Shown here: positions 30,314-39,481 of the stretch, piece by piece
How the letters are laid out: each line of letters begins with the position of its first letter
Position numbering within the stretch: the stretch's first letter is position 1
Source of the DNA: Candidatus Thorarchaeota archaeon
Lineage (GTDB): Archaea; Asgardarchaeota; Thorarchaeia; Thorarchaeales; Thorarchaeaceae
DNA length: 64,000 bases
Reading direction: 5' to 3'
Assembly (NCBI GenBank): GCA_020348985.1
Contig: CP070761.1
Location: 2,355,102-2,419,101, forward strand
Notes under the pieces: generated by a model
What the model saw: only the letters and a program-made list of their open reading frames with translations
Databases searched by the model: none
What the model was told of the DNA's origin: nothing
Program-made: the position numbers and the translations under genes

Positions 30314-30446
30314 AGTGACTCACTCCCAACCGGGGAATCTGCTTGAGGACTTCACATCTTTGTTTATATCAATATTCATGGCATCTTCGTTTTTGCTCCG
30401 TCTGGTTTATCAGTAGTCACATCTCGGTGTTTCAGGGAGATCAATC

Positions 30447-31145
30447 ATGGACACAGCCAAGGATGCACGAATTCTAGTCCTAGAAGACGCGCTTAGACGT
30501 CTTAGCGAACTTGTGAGCAATAGGAAGCTGAAGTTCCATATTGACTATGCCAAGCTGTCCAAAACCATTCAAAAAGCCGGAACTCTCATCTATGAAGTGA
30601 AATACTCCTATCTGGACGCAAAACTGCTTGCTGACCATTCCGCGGTAGGCGGAATTGCTGAAGAGATTGGGGCTTTTGCAGGAACCTATCATGCTGCAGT
30701 GAGTGCGATTTCCTTTAGGCCACAGTCATCGAAGGAGACTCTTATCACGGCAGAGGTTGATTACTGCCTCAGAATCGTCGATGGCTTTCGAAGAAGGCTT
30801 CTAGATCATGAAGAGGATCCTGGCTTTGCTGTCGACATGATTGTTGTAGAAGTAAGTCAAGTACAGCCACTGGAAGGGTCCAAGAATCTGAAATTGTGCA
30901 GGTGCACAGATGGCACCAGAATCTGGCAGATCGTTACTAATCTCGAGGGAATCAGCCCGTCATCGCGTTTGGCTTGCGCACTCCTTCCTCCGGTTGAGAT
31001 GATGGGAGTAGTCAGTGAGGCGATGTTTCTTGGAGGTGATACGCTGCCTGAATCCATAGGGCTCGGTCCCCTGAAGAATCCATCTTCAAAACTCCTTAAT
31101 CAGTCACGGGCCCAAGTTGCGCAAATAGCAAAGAGGATGACCTAG
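30447..31145 (+). CDS. tRNA-binding OB-fold protein with N-terminal helical domain
   Basis: IVTNL, LLPP..MGVVSEAMFL (Trbp111/CsaA-type). Confidence 0.85.
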   Translation: MDTAKDARILVLEDALRRLSELVSNRKLKFHIDYAKLSKTIQKAGTLIYEVKYSYLDAKLLADHSAVGGIAEEIGAFAGTYHAAVSAISFRPQSSKETLITAEVDYCLRIVDGFRRRLLDHEEDPGFAVDMIVVEVSQVQPLEGSKNLKLCRCTDGTRIWQIVTNLEGISPSSRLACALLPPVEMMGVVSEAMFLGGDTLPESIGLGPLKNPSSKLLNQSRAQVAQIAKRMT

Positions 31146-31146
31146 C

Positions 31147-31485
31147 ATGAACCTAAAGCTAATCCAGGAGAGATCAAGACAGTTTGAGGAAGCACGCGGG
31201 TGGGACAAGTTTCCTGCGTCTCAGGTTTTCGCTCATTTAATCGAAGAGCTCGGAGAGATTTCCCGGCATATTACTGTAAAAGAGGGATACAAAGTCATTG
31301 GACTAGGACACGAACTGCCGGATGATTCCTCCCTCCCGCGTGAGTTTGCTCAAGTCTTCTCGTTGTTCATACAACTGGCAAATCACTTTGGTGTAGATTT
31401 GGAGGATTCAATAATCTCAGAGATGGATCGGATGAACTCTCGCTTCCCGGAAAAGGAATGGAAAGATTACATGAGTGAGAAGTGA
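31147..31485 (+). CDS. MazG-like nucleotide pyrophosphohydrolase
   Basis: HLIEELGEI...EFAQ...LANHFGVDLE. Confidence 0.82.
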   Translation: MNLKLIQERSRQFEEARGWDKFPASQVFAHLIEELGEISRHITVKEGYKVIGLGHELPDDSSLPREFAQVFSLFIQLANHFGVDLEDSIISEMDRMNSRFPEKEWKDYMSEK

Positions 31486-31491
31486 GCCCTT

Positions 31492-31923
31492 CTACTTCAG
31501 TCTTAGTCGCGCATCAAGTGCACTTCTTGCCATGTCTTCGAGATCCTGTGTGGCCGCCAAGAGACCCAGGGCTTTGTTGTGCACTACTTTGATGTTCTTC
31601 TCTTGCGCCCATTGAGCGAGCCCGGAAACAAGCGGCCCCAGTGCTGTTCTTGCAGCTTCAACTGTGCCGACAGCCTTTCCAAGCAGCTCGACACCTTGGT
31701 CTTTGCGCATACCAGCCTCCGCAACACGTAACCAGACCAGCGCGTGGATCATGTACAATGCATCAAGCATCAATGTGGGCGATTTCGGATTATCTTGGAC
31801 CTTACGGATCAGTCTATCTTTCCTGCTCTCAAACACTTCCTTGAAGTGACTAAACGCTTTCTTGTCATTTCCTTTGTCGAGCTCGATGATTCCTTTCTGA
31901 AGCTTTTCGTCGCTTTCTGACAC
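31492..31923 (-). CDS. Hypothetical alpha-helical protein
   Basis: GTG start after GGGGTG RBS; non-overlapping. Confidence 0.7.
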   Translation of the reverse strand: MSESDEKLQKGIIELDKGNDKKAFSHFKEVFESRKDRLIRKVQDNPKSPTLMLDALYMIHALVWLRVAEAGMRKDQGVELLGKAVGTVEAARTALGPLVSGLAQWAQEKNIKVVHNKALGLLAATQDLEDMARSALDARLRLK

Positions 31924-32099
31924 GATTCAACACCCCGTTCCGGTCTCATGGATTTCTGATTCGACACTATTATGGGTTTCTCCTTTCAACTCTTGAAAAG
32001 ACGATGTATTACTTCGAGACAGTATGTCTGAGTTCTCGGAAGCTTATTATGAAGCCTTAGGCAAACCAGCGACCTCAATACTGCTTATGAGGTCTTCCC

Positions 32100-33692
32100 A
32101 TGGTCCGCACAACGTTCACATACCAAGAGCTGAAGCGCACTAATCACCGTGAGATAAAGCGGCTTCAAGATCAGAAGTTCAGAGCCTTCATACGATATCA
32201 GGTGTGGCCTAACCACCCCTACTACCGCCGTCTTTTCAAAGAGCTAGACATCGACCCGTTCAACATTGTTTGCGTGGAAGATTGGGCGAAGTACAACATA
32301 CCTTTGGTGAGAAAGAGTGAGTACAAGGACCATCTCAGAGAATTCGTTCTTAACCCAACAGAAGTCGATGGAAGCCCTCGTGATCCAGCCGATGTTGTCA
32401 AGAATCTTATGGAGTATTCCAAAGAGGCCGGACACTCGGACCTTGCTAAGTTCATTCGGAACAACGGAGCTCGTGTCAAGCTGAAGATAGGTGCAGGAGC
32501 CGCGATGGAGCGACTTAAAGAACGTCTTGCACACCAGTACGCACCTTTGCAGTTTTGGCTCAGTTCGGGACGGGCATCAGGCTTGCCGTCCCCTGTCTTT
32601 CTTACAAGATATGATAATGAGCTCCTCTACAGCAACTGTGTCAAAGTTGGACAGATGGCTATTGACCCATGGGTGGACAGTGGATGGGAACTGATCAGCA
32701 TGAATCTCTTTCCTTATGCTCCGCACCTAGGTTGGCATGCAGTCAACTTGGGCCTCAAACAGATGTCAAAGTTCTACGTCGCCACGAGTGCGGGGGGTGC
32801 GATTCCAAGTGAGAAGCTGGTCGAATTGGCCGGTGTCTTCAAAGTCAACGGCTTCGCAGGGATGCCCAGTTACATGAGAAACAGATTCTTCCGTGCAATG
32901 GCTGAAGCAGACTATGAAGCTCCTGAAAGAGTGGTTGTTGTTTTGGCAGGTGAGAAGATCTATGGTCCAGTCGTGGAAGATATCAAGACAATTCTAGTTG
33001 CTAAGGGTGCAAGAGAGGTCCGCGTGGTGGGAGGATATGCTTCTTCGGAGAGCAAGATCTCTTTTGCAGTCCAGTGTGACCTAAGTGGTCCCTATCACAA
33101 TGTATCCCCTTTGATGCTTGCATTTGAGTCGGTCAAGCTAAACGATGACGGAACCTATGATTTCGTTGGGGAAGACGAATCAGGATATGCGGCATTGTTT
33201 CATCTCGATGGTACTGGAACTGTAGTTGAGGGTTTCCTCCTGGGTGACGTGATTTCGAAGCAGGAGCGGGGCAGATGTCCCGTTTGCGGAATGGACGGAC
33301 CATTCTTCTGGGACGTCGGAAGGACAAATGATGCTGAAGCGCAGATTCAGGTGATAGGTCTGACTGAAAAGACCATCAAGGGTGCCACGGTCAACTTGAC
33401 TGCTTTGCGGAGTGACCTTCTCGCAATCTCGGGGGTCGAGGAAGTTCAGATAGAAGTCGCCAAGGAAGACATGCAAGATCCTTACAGCATGGACGTACTG
33501 AATCTCTATGTGGCATTCAGAGGTTCCGTTAGCTCTAACCAAGCCGCCTTGATTGAAGAACTGAAGAAGATTACAAAGATATCCGCTGAGGTCACTCCCG
33601 TTGTTCATGTCATTTCCTTTGAAGAACTTCTTGAACGGGCCGGTGGCATGAAGTTCATGGAGGTAGTAGACTCTAGACCTAAACCTTCATAG
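32100..33692 (+). CDS. Phenylacetate-CoA ligase-like (ANL superfamily) protein
   Basis: HPYYRRLF, SSG P-loop, MPSY, AGE, YASSE, GD...CPVCG...GRT. Confidence 0.75.
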   Translation: MVRTTFTYQELKRTNHREIKRLQDQKFRAFIRYQVWPNHPYYRRLFKELDIDPFNIVCVEDWAKYNIPLVRKSEYKDHLREFVLNPTEVDGSPRDPADVVKNLMEYSKEAGHSDLAKFIRNNGARVKLKIGAGAAMERLKERLAHQYAPLQFWLSSGRASGLPSPVFLTRYDNELLYSNCVKVGQMAIDPWVDSGWELISMNLFPYAPHLGWHAVNLGLKQMSKFYVATSAGGAIPSEKLVELAGVFKVNGFAGMPSYMRNRFFRAMAEADYEAPERVVVVLAGEKIYGPVVEDIKTILVAKGAREVRVVGGYASSESKISFAVQCDLSGPYHNVSPLMLAFESVKLNDDGTYDFVGEDESGYAALFHLDGTGTVVEGFLLGDVISKQERGRCPVCGMDGPFFWDVGRTNDAEAQIQVIGLTEKTIKGATVNLTALRSDLLAISGVEEVQIEVAKEDMQDPYSMDVLNLYVAFRGSVSSNQAALIEELKKITKISAEVTPVVHVISFEELLERAGGMKFMEVVDSRPKPS

Positions 33693-33723
33693 AACCGAGC
33701 AAAACCTTGGAAGAAAAAGAGGA

Positions 33724-33751
33724 GGTACCTGGGTCAAGAGACCCATGTACC
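33724..33751. terminator. Hairpin between convergent genes
   Basis: GGTAC-C-TGGGTC/GACCCA-T-GTACC stem. Confidence 0.5.
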
Positions 33752-33775
33752 GTCGAATTCGTTTTGACTTCTGGT

Positions 33776-34159
33776 CTACCTAAACCTGCGCTTGATATCG
33801 GGCTGATTGAGGTATAGAACGATGATTATCGCAATCGCCAGACTGACGTAATCCAGAGGTGGGATGATTCCTACGATAATGTTCAAGATGTTGACAATGA
33901 TAGCCCATGTCCATGCCCATGACTTGAGAGACCACAGTCCCCAGCCAACAATCAATGATATGAAACCAAGGATTACCATTATCATGCCGAAAACTGCTAA
34001 CAGTATGAAGAGCATGCCGGCGAGTGTCGCCAATATCCCTGTGACGAGCATAAACGCTCCTCCAAGGAATTGTAGCAGCGCAAGTATAGTCACGCCCAGT
34101 GGTCGTTCATCGCTGACGCCATAACCCGCTCCCGGGTCGGCAACTGGTATTTCCGCCAA
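33776..34159 (-). CDS. Small 4-TM membrane protein (RPLGVTIL family)
   Basis: RPLGVTIL, GWGLW, WAW, YL..P.IK..F; GGAGG RBS. Confidence 0.8.
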   Translation of the reverse strand: MAEIPVADPGAGYGVSDERPLGVTILALLQFLGGAFMLVTGILATLAGMLFILLAVFGMIMVILGFISLIVGWGLWSLKSWAWTWAIIVNILNIIVGIIPPLDYVSLAIAIIIVLYLNQPDIKRRFR

Positions 34160-34256
34160 ATGTATTCCTCCTTACACAACATGAATTGTAGAAAGACAAC
34201 TATTATACAGACTTATAACTCGTTCGCGGATTTGCCCGAAATGAATGAAAAACGCG

Positions 34257-35597
34257 CTACAGAGTAGTCACAAGATTGTGTTTCTTCACGAACTCGCACA
34301 GTACATCTTCGAGATTCGGACGACCTATTTCCTGTAGATCATACCTGACTCTCACACTAGGTTTGTTGATCTTCATTAGTTTTCCAAGGTCTATCGGTGT
34401 CCCAATCACAACTGCATCAACGTCGGCTTTGTTGATTGTCTCCTGTAGCTCTTTCATCTGTGTCTTTCCGTAACCCATTGCAGGTAGCACATTCTCGAGA
34501 TGGTAGTACTTCTCGAATGTATCTTTGATGCTGCCAACTGCATAGGGTCGCGGGTCGACTATTCTGGCGCCTGCTTTCCTAGCTGCAATGTATCCTGCGC
34601 CATATGGCATATCGCCATGTGTGACCGTTGGACCGTCCTCTACAATAATCACACTCTTGCCTTTGATCTTCTCTATATCATCAATCAAAAGCGGTGAAGC
34701 AGCCTCGATTATTACCGCTTCTGGATTTGTTGCGAGAATGTTCTCTCTGACCTCTTCTATGTCGTCGTAGTCGGCTGTGGTAACCTTGTTGATGATTACA
34801 ACGTCGGCCATACGTAAATTGGTTTCTCCTGGATAGTATGAAATCTCGTGACCGGGTCTGTGTGGGTCAACGATTGTAATCATAAGATCGGGTTCAAAGA
34901 ATGGAAAGTCGTTGTTTCCTCCGTCCCAAGTTATTACATCAGCCTCTTGCTCAGCTTGTTCGATTATCCTGTCGTAGTCAATACCCGCATAGAGGGTCAC
35001 TCCCAGATTGATCATTGGCTCGTATTCTTCTCGCTCTTCGATTGTGCATCTGTACTTGTCCAAGTCCTCAAGCACTTCATATCGCTGAGCAATCTGAGTG
35101 GTCAAGTCCGGGTCATATGGCATTGGATGACGAATGTTAACCGGCTTCAGCCCGATGTCTAGCAGTATCTTGTTCACTCTTCTTGATGTCTGACTTTTTC
35201 CGCAACCAGTTCTAACAGCGCAGACAGCAATGACCGGTTTTTTGCTCTTTAGCATCGTGGTCCTAGGTCCCATCATTCGAATGTCGGGGCCGAGGCTGTT
35301 GACCCATGCAATCTTGTGACCTACGGTGTCATAAGATAGATCTGAATATGCAAGAATGCATTGTTCCACATCGAACTTGTCAACCAACTCCGGCAACATC
35401 TTTTCGGGATAGATTCGGATTCCTTCAGGGTATAGGTCTCCTGACAATTCCGGAGGATACTTTCTATCTCCTATTCCCGGAATCTGCTCGGCGGTGAAAG
35501 CAACTACTTCATATCTATCGTTGTCCCGAAAATGAACATTGAATACGTGAAAGTCGCGACCCGCTGCTCCTAAAATCACCACTCTCGTTCTGGTCAT
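34257..35597 (-). CDS. arcE: Arginine synthetase ArcE-like P-loop protein (usually annotated cyclic 2,3-diphosphoglycerate synthase/GTPase)
   Basis: GAAGRDFH, QIP, RTGCGKS, RHPMPY, TIEEREEYE, WDGGNND, EDGPT, PAMGY. Confidence 0.75.
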   Translation of the reverse strand: MTRTRVVILGAAGRDFHVFNVHFRDNDRYEVVAFTAEQIPGIGDRKYPPELSGDLYPEGIRIYPEKMLPELVDKFDVEQCILAYSDLSYDTVGHKIAWVNSLGPDIRMMGPRTTMLKSKKPVIAVCAVRTGCGKSQTSRRVNKILLDIGLKPVNIRHPMPYDPDLTTQIAQRYEVLEDLDKYRCTIEEREEYEPMINLGVTLYAGIDYDRIIEQAEQEADVITWDGGNNDFPFFEPDLMITIVDPHRPGHEISYYPGETNLRMADVVIINKVTTADYDDIEEVRENILATNPEAVIIEAASPLLIDDIEKIKGKSVIIVEDGPTVTHGDMPYGAGYIAARKAGARIVDPRPYAVGSIKDTFEKYYHLENVLPAMGYGKTQMKELQETINKADVDAVVIGTPIDLGKLMKINKPSVRVRYDLQEIGRPNLEDVLCEFVKKHNLVTTL

Positions 35598-35810
35598 GTC
35601 AATGCTAGCCTCTTTGTGAGTCTTCGATACAATTGAGAGAGGCTTCATGTGGTCGTTAAGATATTATCGGTTCAACGATTAATCCCGTGAGCTTCGATGT
35701 TTGACCAAGTCGGCTCAAAGCAAATCAATCGAAAAGGAAGGTACATTCAGGACAGGGCGGAGAGTCGGGGCAAATCTGATTCCAGAGTAGGCAATGCTTC
35801 ACCCGCTTTC

Positions 35811-36440
35811 TCATAAAAGACCAGTGGGAAGATGTACTGCATGTGTACAACGATCATCTCCTTTAAGGAGTGATTCAGTCAATTCGACCTCCACTGGTTG
35901 TTCCAGTATGCCCTCCCAAAGCTGCTTTACCCATCCTCCAGAACAGCAACAGAAGGTTGGCGATATCTGCTCCTTGCTCCTTTTCACGAGAGAGCAATGG
36001 CAATAAGCCAGACGTCTCTCCTCGTCAGTGGTAGCTTTCTCAAAGGCCTTTGGATCATAGGGGACCTTCGTTACATAGACTATATTGCCTTCTCGGGTTG
36101 GATAATCATAGAACGAGCCTCCGCCCCAAGATTTGTCTTTGCGCATCACTTCAATTAGGTCGTCAAGATTTCCAGTTCGTTTGAACTCGGCCCTCATCTT
36201 CTTTATTCGCGTCTTTGGATATGTATGCGGACAAGTTTCAACCATTATTTCATTTCTGGTCTTGTCGTCACATAGACTATCTAGTCTATCCATGGCCGAT
36301 TTTATCCAAATAGTGCGCTGCTCTTTCGCGCTCTTGCCTGCGCCCGATGGTAATTGATCCCACCCCTTCGCTATGCTTGATCTCACTTCCATGTTTGTAT
36401 GGCGGTCCAACCTTTCAACGAATCTACGAAACCATTTCAT
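35811..36440 (-). CDS. DUF6144/V4R-like Cys-rich protein
   Basis: YCHC, FCCCSGGW, VEVEL.ES..KGDDRC. Confidence 0.7.
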   Translation of the reverse strand: MKWFRRFVERLDRHTNMEVRSSIAKGWDQLPSGAGKSAKEQRTIWIKSAMDRLDSLCDDKTRNEIMVETCPHTYPKTRIKKMRAEFKRTGNLDDLIEVMRKDKSWGGGSFYDYPTREGNIVYVTKVPYDPKAFEKATTDEERRLAYCHCSLVKRSKEQISPTFCCCSGGWVKQLWEGILEQPVEVELTESLLKGDDRCTHAVHLPTGLL

Positions 36441-36794
36441 TCTCCTAGCCTCGATAGACAGGTAGTGGTTTACAGGTGATGAGGATGTGTGATGTAGATC
36501 CGAGAGGATGTTTTTGTCTTTATAGCTCGTTCCTTCCGAGCACGACTGTCCTCACTTATCGGAAGTATCGTCCATGCTTCTTTGAATTCTATACCACGGA
36601 CTGATGTTGGATCCTCCGTTTGCGAATTCGTGGACATTTTGCTGACTAAACCCTTCGATATTTCGAAGAACACTTCGGTTAATGGTAATCTCGAATAATG
36701 TGCTAATATTATCGGAAAATCGCACTGATAACACATAGGTATATATGTAACCTACAGGAATGAATCTGGAAGCGACCCGAGAGGGGGCTAGAGC

Positions 36795-37346
36795 GTGAAG
36801 CTGGTTGATCTGAGCCGGGAACTAATTAGAGTACTGAAGGAGACTTACCCGGCAGGCAAGCGCAGTGATGTCATTGCCAAAGATCTAGGCGTGCCCAAGC
36901 GAAGGGTGTACGATGTCATTGCAGTATTGAAATCCCTCGACATGGTAAGAACCAGTCGAAGGTACGATGGTACAACCGTTACCTGGATTGACCGCTCAGA
37001 GGATTTTGTAAGTCGAGCTGATTATGACGCAATAAGAATGAATCTTGATGAGGTCAATGTAGCCAGAAAGGACTTGCAGGTCCAGGTAGCGGAGCTCAAA
37101 GAATCCCTCCGCGTAACCAAGACCAAGCTTCGGACAGATGTGCCAACTGTTGAGGCATCCGATCGTATGGTATTTCACACGACTCAGCTTCGAATTAGAC
37201 CACTCTCCTCCAACGGGATAAAGCGAGTTCGCGACTCAGGAATGGAAGTGCTAGTTGAGACTAACGAGGCCGGAATGCTTGTCGATCCTGCAGAGACTGA
37301 ATCGGATGAAAAAGAGTCTCTCATCAAGAGCCTTCAACGAGTCTAG
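36795..37346 (+). CDS. E2F/DP-like winged-helix transcription factor with coiled coil
   Basis: KRRVYDV..VL recognition helix, downstream W, heptad coiled coil; TrmB-type HTH is the alternative reading. Confidence 0.65.
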   Translation: MKLVDLSRELIRVLKETYPAGKRSDVIAKDLGVPKRRVYDVIAVLKSLDMVRTSRRYDGTTVTWIDRSEDFVSRADYDAIRMNLDEVNVARKDLQVQVAELKESLRVTKTKLRTDVPTVEASDRMVFHTTQLRIRPLSSNGIKRVRDSGMEVLVETNEAGMLVDPAETESDEKESLIKSLQRV

Positions 37347-37355
37347 ATTGGATGA

Positions 37356-37733
37356 CTATTCTGCAAGCCTTAGAGAAGCATTGCTACCACGCCGTATAGT
37401 TTCAAGCTCATCTAGAGCGTCCTCATTCTCAATCCTTCCTATGATGTTCACAGGGCTGAACGTCTGCATGTCTCTTGTATAGATACAGAGTGAATCACCT
37501 AGCGGCATGTAGGCGATATCAGCTCGCTTGACGTCCTTTGTCGGTTTCTGGTTTCCCTTTCCAATGGTAAGGATGATCTTCATTTCGCCCTTTAGCATTG
37601 CCGCTCGTCCTTCAAATGGCAAGCGAAACTTGATCTCCTCAACTATTCCTGGTGCCAACACTCTGTCAATGGTTCCACGAAGAATCAAGCCGCCTTCGAA
37701 CTCTAGTTCGATGGGTACGTCACTTTCTTCCAT
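37356..37733 (-). CDS. Cyclophilin-like fold protein (DUF369-like)
   Basis: AP......LP, DIAYMPLGDSLCI, PVNIIGRI. Confidence 0.8.
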   Translation of the reverse strand: MEESDVPIELEFEGGLILRGTIDRVLAPGIVEEIKFRLPFEGRAAMLKGEMKIILTIGKGNQKPTKDVKRADIAYMPLGDSLCIYTRDMQTFSPVNIIGRIENEDALDELETIRRGSNASLRLAE

Positions 37734-37870
37734 TGTGACATCATTACTTGTTGATGAGAAGTGGTTCATAAAACCTACGATGATTCTGCTGGCGAGGTTC
37801 CTCAATTGCAAGAGACTAATTGGCTCTTCAGATTCTATATTGTATAGACAGGTTCAGTAATGGTAATCAA

Positions 37871-38227
37871 ATGGCGGGGCAGATGGATTTTCAACTACTA
37901 GCCTTCTTCATGAGTCTCCTCGGCATTCTGTTTCTTCTCATCGTTGAAAGAAGTAAAGTCAGTAGCGAACCGAGTGGTTTCCTTCGAGGACTGGCTTCGT
38001 CACCCCGAATCATTGGTCTCCTATACATGCTGTTCATCGTTACTCTGCATCTTTGGGTGGCATTCATCGCTGCAGTGATTCGCTATCTGGCTTTGGCGTC
38101 GGACCCTATGGTCGATCATTTCTATCGCAATTTGGCTATTGTGGCTGTTAGATCGGACATTCTCTTGGCAGCTGTCTCCTTGAGTGCGAATGAGGCCGCT
38201 GGAGTCGGACTAGTGCGGAGTGTGTGA
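37871..38227 (+). CDS. Small membrane protein
   Basis: Two to three hydrophobic segments. Confidence 0.5.
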   Translation: MAGQMDFQLLAFFMSLLGILFLLIVERSKVSSEPSGFLRGLASSPRIIGLLYMLFIVTLHLWVAFIAAVIRYLALASDPMVDHFYRNLAIVAVRSDILLAAVSLSANEAAGVGLVRSV

Positions 38228-38269
38228 AAACGCAATCATCAGTCGAGAAGCGTCACTGAAAATACTTAA

Positions 38270-39448
38270 TTGGCTACGAGCAAAGCAGACTGTTGGAGCG
38301 GACAAGGACTGGATACCTCGAACCTTGATGTGGCATTTGTCATTGACACTACCGGCTCGATGCGCGATGACATTGATGCTGTGAGAGACAGTTTGTTTGA
38401 GATTGTTGACACGATAACAAGAAGAACCGAAGACCTCGCTATTCGTTTTGGGCTCGTATCATATCGGGACCATCCGCCTCAGGACAAAAGCTATGTTACG
38501 AAGGTCTATGACTTCACGTTCGACATCAAGAAGATCCACAAGCAGATATCCAGATTGAAGCCGTCTGAGGGCGGAGACATCCCAGAGGCTGTAGCTGATG
38601 GGATCTATGATGCGCGCACGAAGCTTTCATGGTCAGATAGCTCCTACAAAGTACTGGTCCTCATGGGGGATGCACCACCGCATGGACGAGAATACAACAA
38701 CCTTACCGACGACTACTTTCCAGATGGCTGTCCAATGGGTCATGATCCAAAGGAAGAGATGCAGGCTCTCAAGGGCATGTTCGGCAGCACGGTATTCGTC
38801 TTTGTGTGCGGCTGCAATCCACTAGTTGAGGACTCATTTCGTTCTATAGCAGAATCAGTGGATGATGGACGCTACTATAGTCTTCACGAGGCCGATCTTA
38901 TTCCAAGAGCCATCCTTCAGATTCTTGAAGATGTTGGAGATCTTATCGAGGCGGACCGAAGAGTCCTCGCTCACTACGAGAGTCATGATGGATCGTTTAG
39001 CCTGCCTGAGGCAGCATCTGAGTTGGACCTGGAACTACGTGATCTAAAGACCTCCTTATCACGTCTACTCGAATTGGGTCACATTCCGAGGTGGCCCAGA
39101 GGCCGGCCGTTGTCACCATCTCAAATGGGACTGATCGTTCAGCTGGGCAAAGTACCCGACGCCCTGTTAGCAGGACGTCCATTCAAGTATCGGTTGAAAG
39201 TGCGAAATCCAAGTTCTGCAGTGATTGGGATTAGGCTTGTTGTATCGCTCATCACTGATGAAGGGGTTTCTGAGGTAACGAATGAACCTCATGAAATAGG
39301 TCCTCGCGCCGACCAGTATCTTGATCTTGAGTTGGTGCCTATGACTGAGGTTGAAGGTAAAGCAACTCTGCGAGTCGAAGTGTTCTATGGCTCGACTTCA
39401 ATTGCCAGTGGTGCACATAAAGTACGCCTCTATTTGCAACAGGGTTAG
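38270..39448 (+). CDS. vWA domain protein with wHTH and C-terminal Ig-like domain
   Basis: MIDAS DTTGSM, YRDHPP, GGD.PE, GDAPPHG; HTH FSLPEAASEL...LSRLLELG; beta-rich tail. Confidence 0.85.
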   Translation: MATSKADCWSGQGLDTSNLDVAFVIDTTGSMRDDIDAVRDSLFEIVDTITRRTEDLAIRFGLVSYRDHPPQDKSYVTKVYDFTFDIKKIHKQISRLKPSEGGDIPEAVADGIYDARTKLSWSDSSYKVLVLMGDAPPHGREYNNLTDDYFPDGCPMGHDPKEEMQALKGMFGSTVFVFVCGCNPLVEDSFRSIAESVDDGRYYSLHEADLIPRAILQILEDVGDLIEADRRVLAHYESHDGSFSLPEAASELDLELRDLKTSLSRLLELGHIPRWPRGRPLSPSQMGLIVQLGKVPDALLAGRPFKYRLKVRNPSSAVIGIRLVVSLITDEGVSEVTNEPHEIGPRADQYLDLELVPMTEVEGKATLRVEVFYGSTSIASGAHKVRLYLQQG

Positions 39449-39481
39449 GTCCTGGGTCCCAATTGCATGTCAGAAGTGTAG

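Noticed and set aside
36324-36331. Canonical E2F site TTTCGCGC near the E2F-like gene
   Set aside because: It lies inside a coding sequence, and about two copies of any 8-mer are expected by chance on both strands of 64 kb
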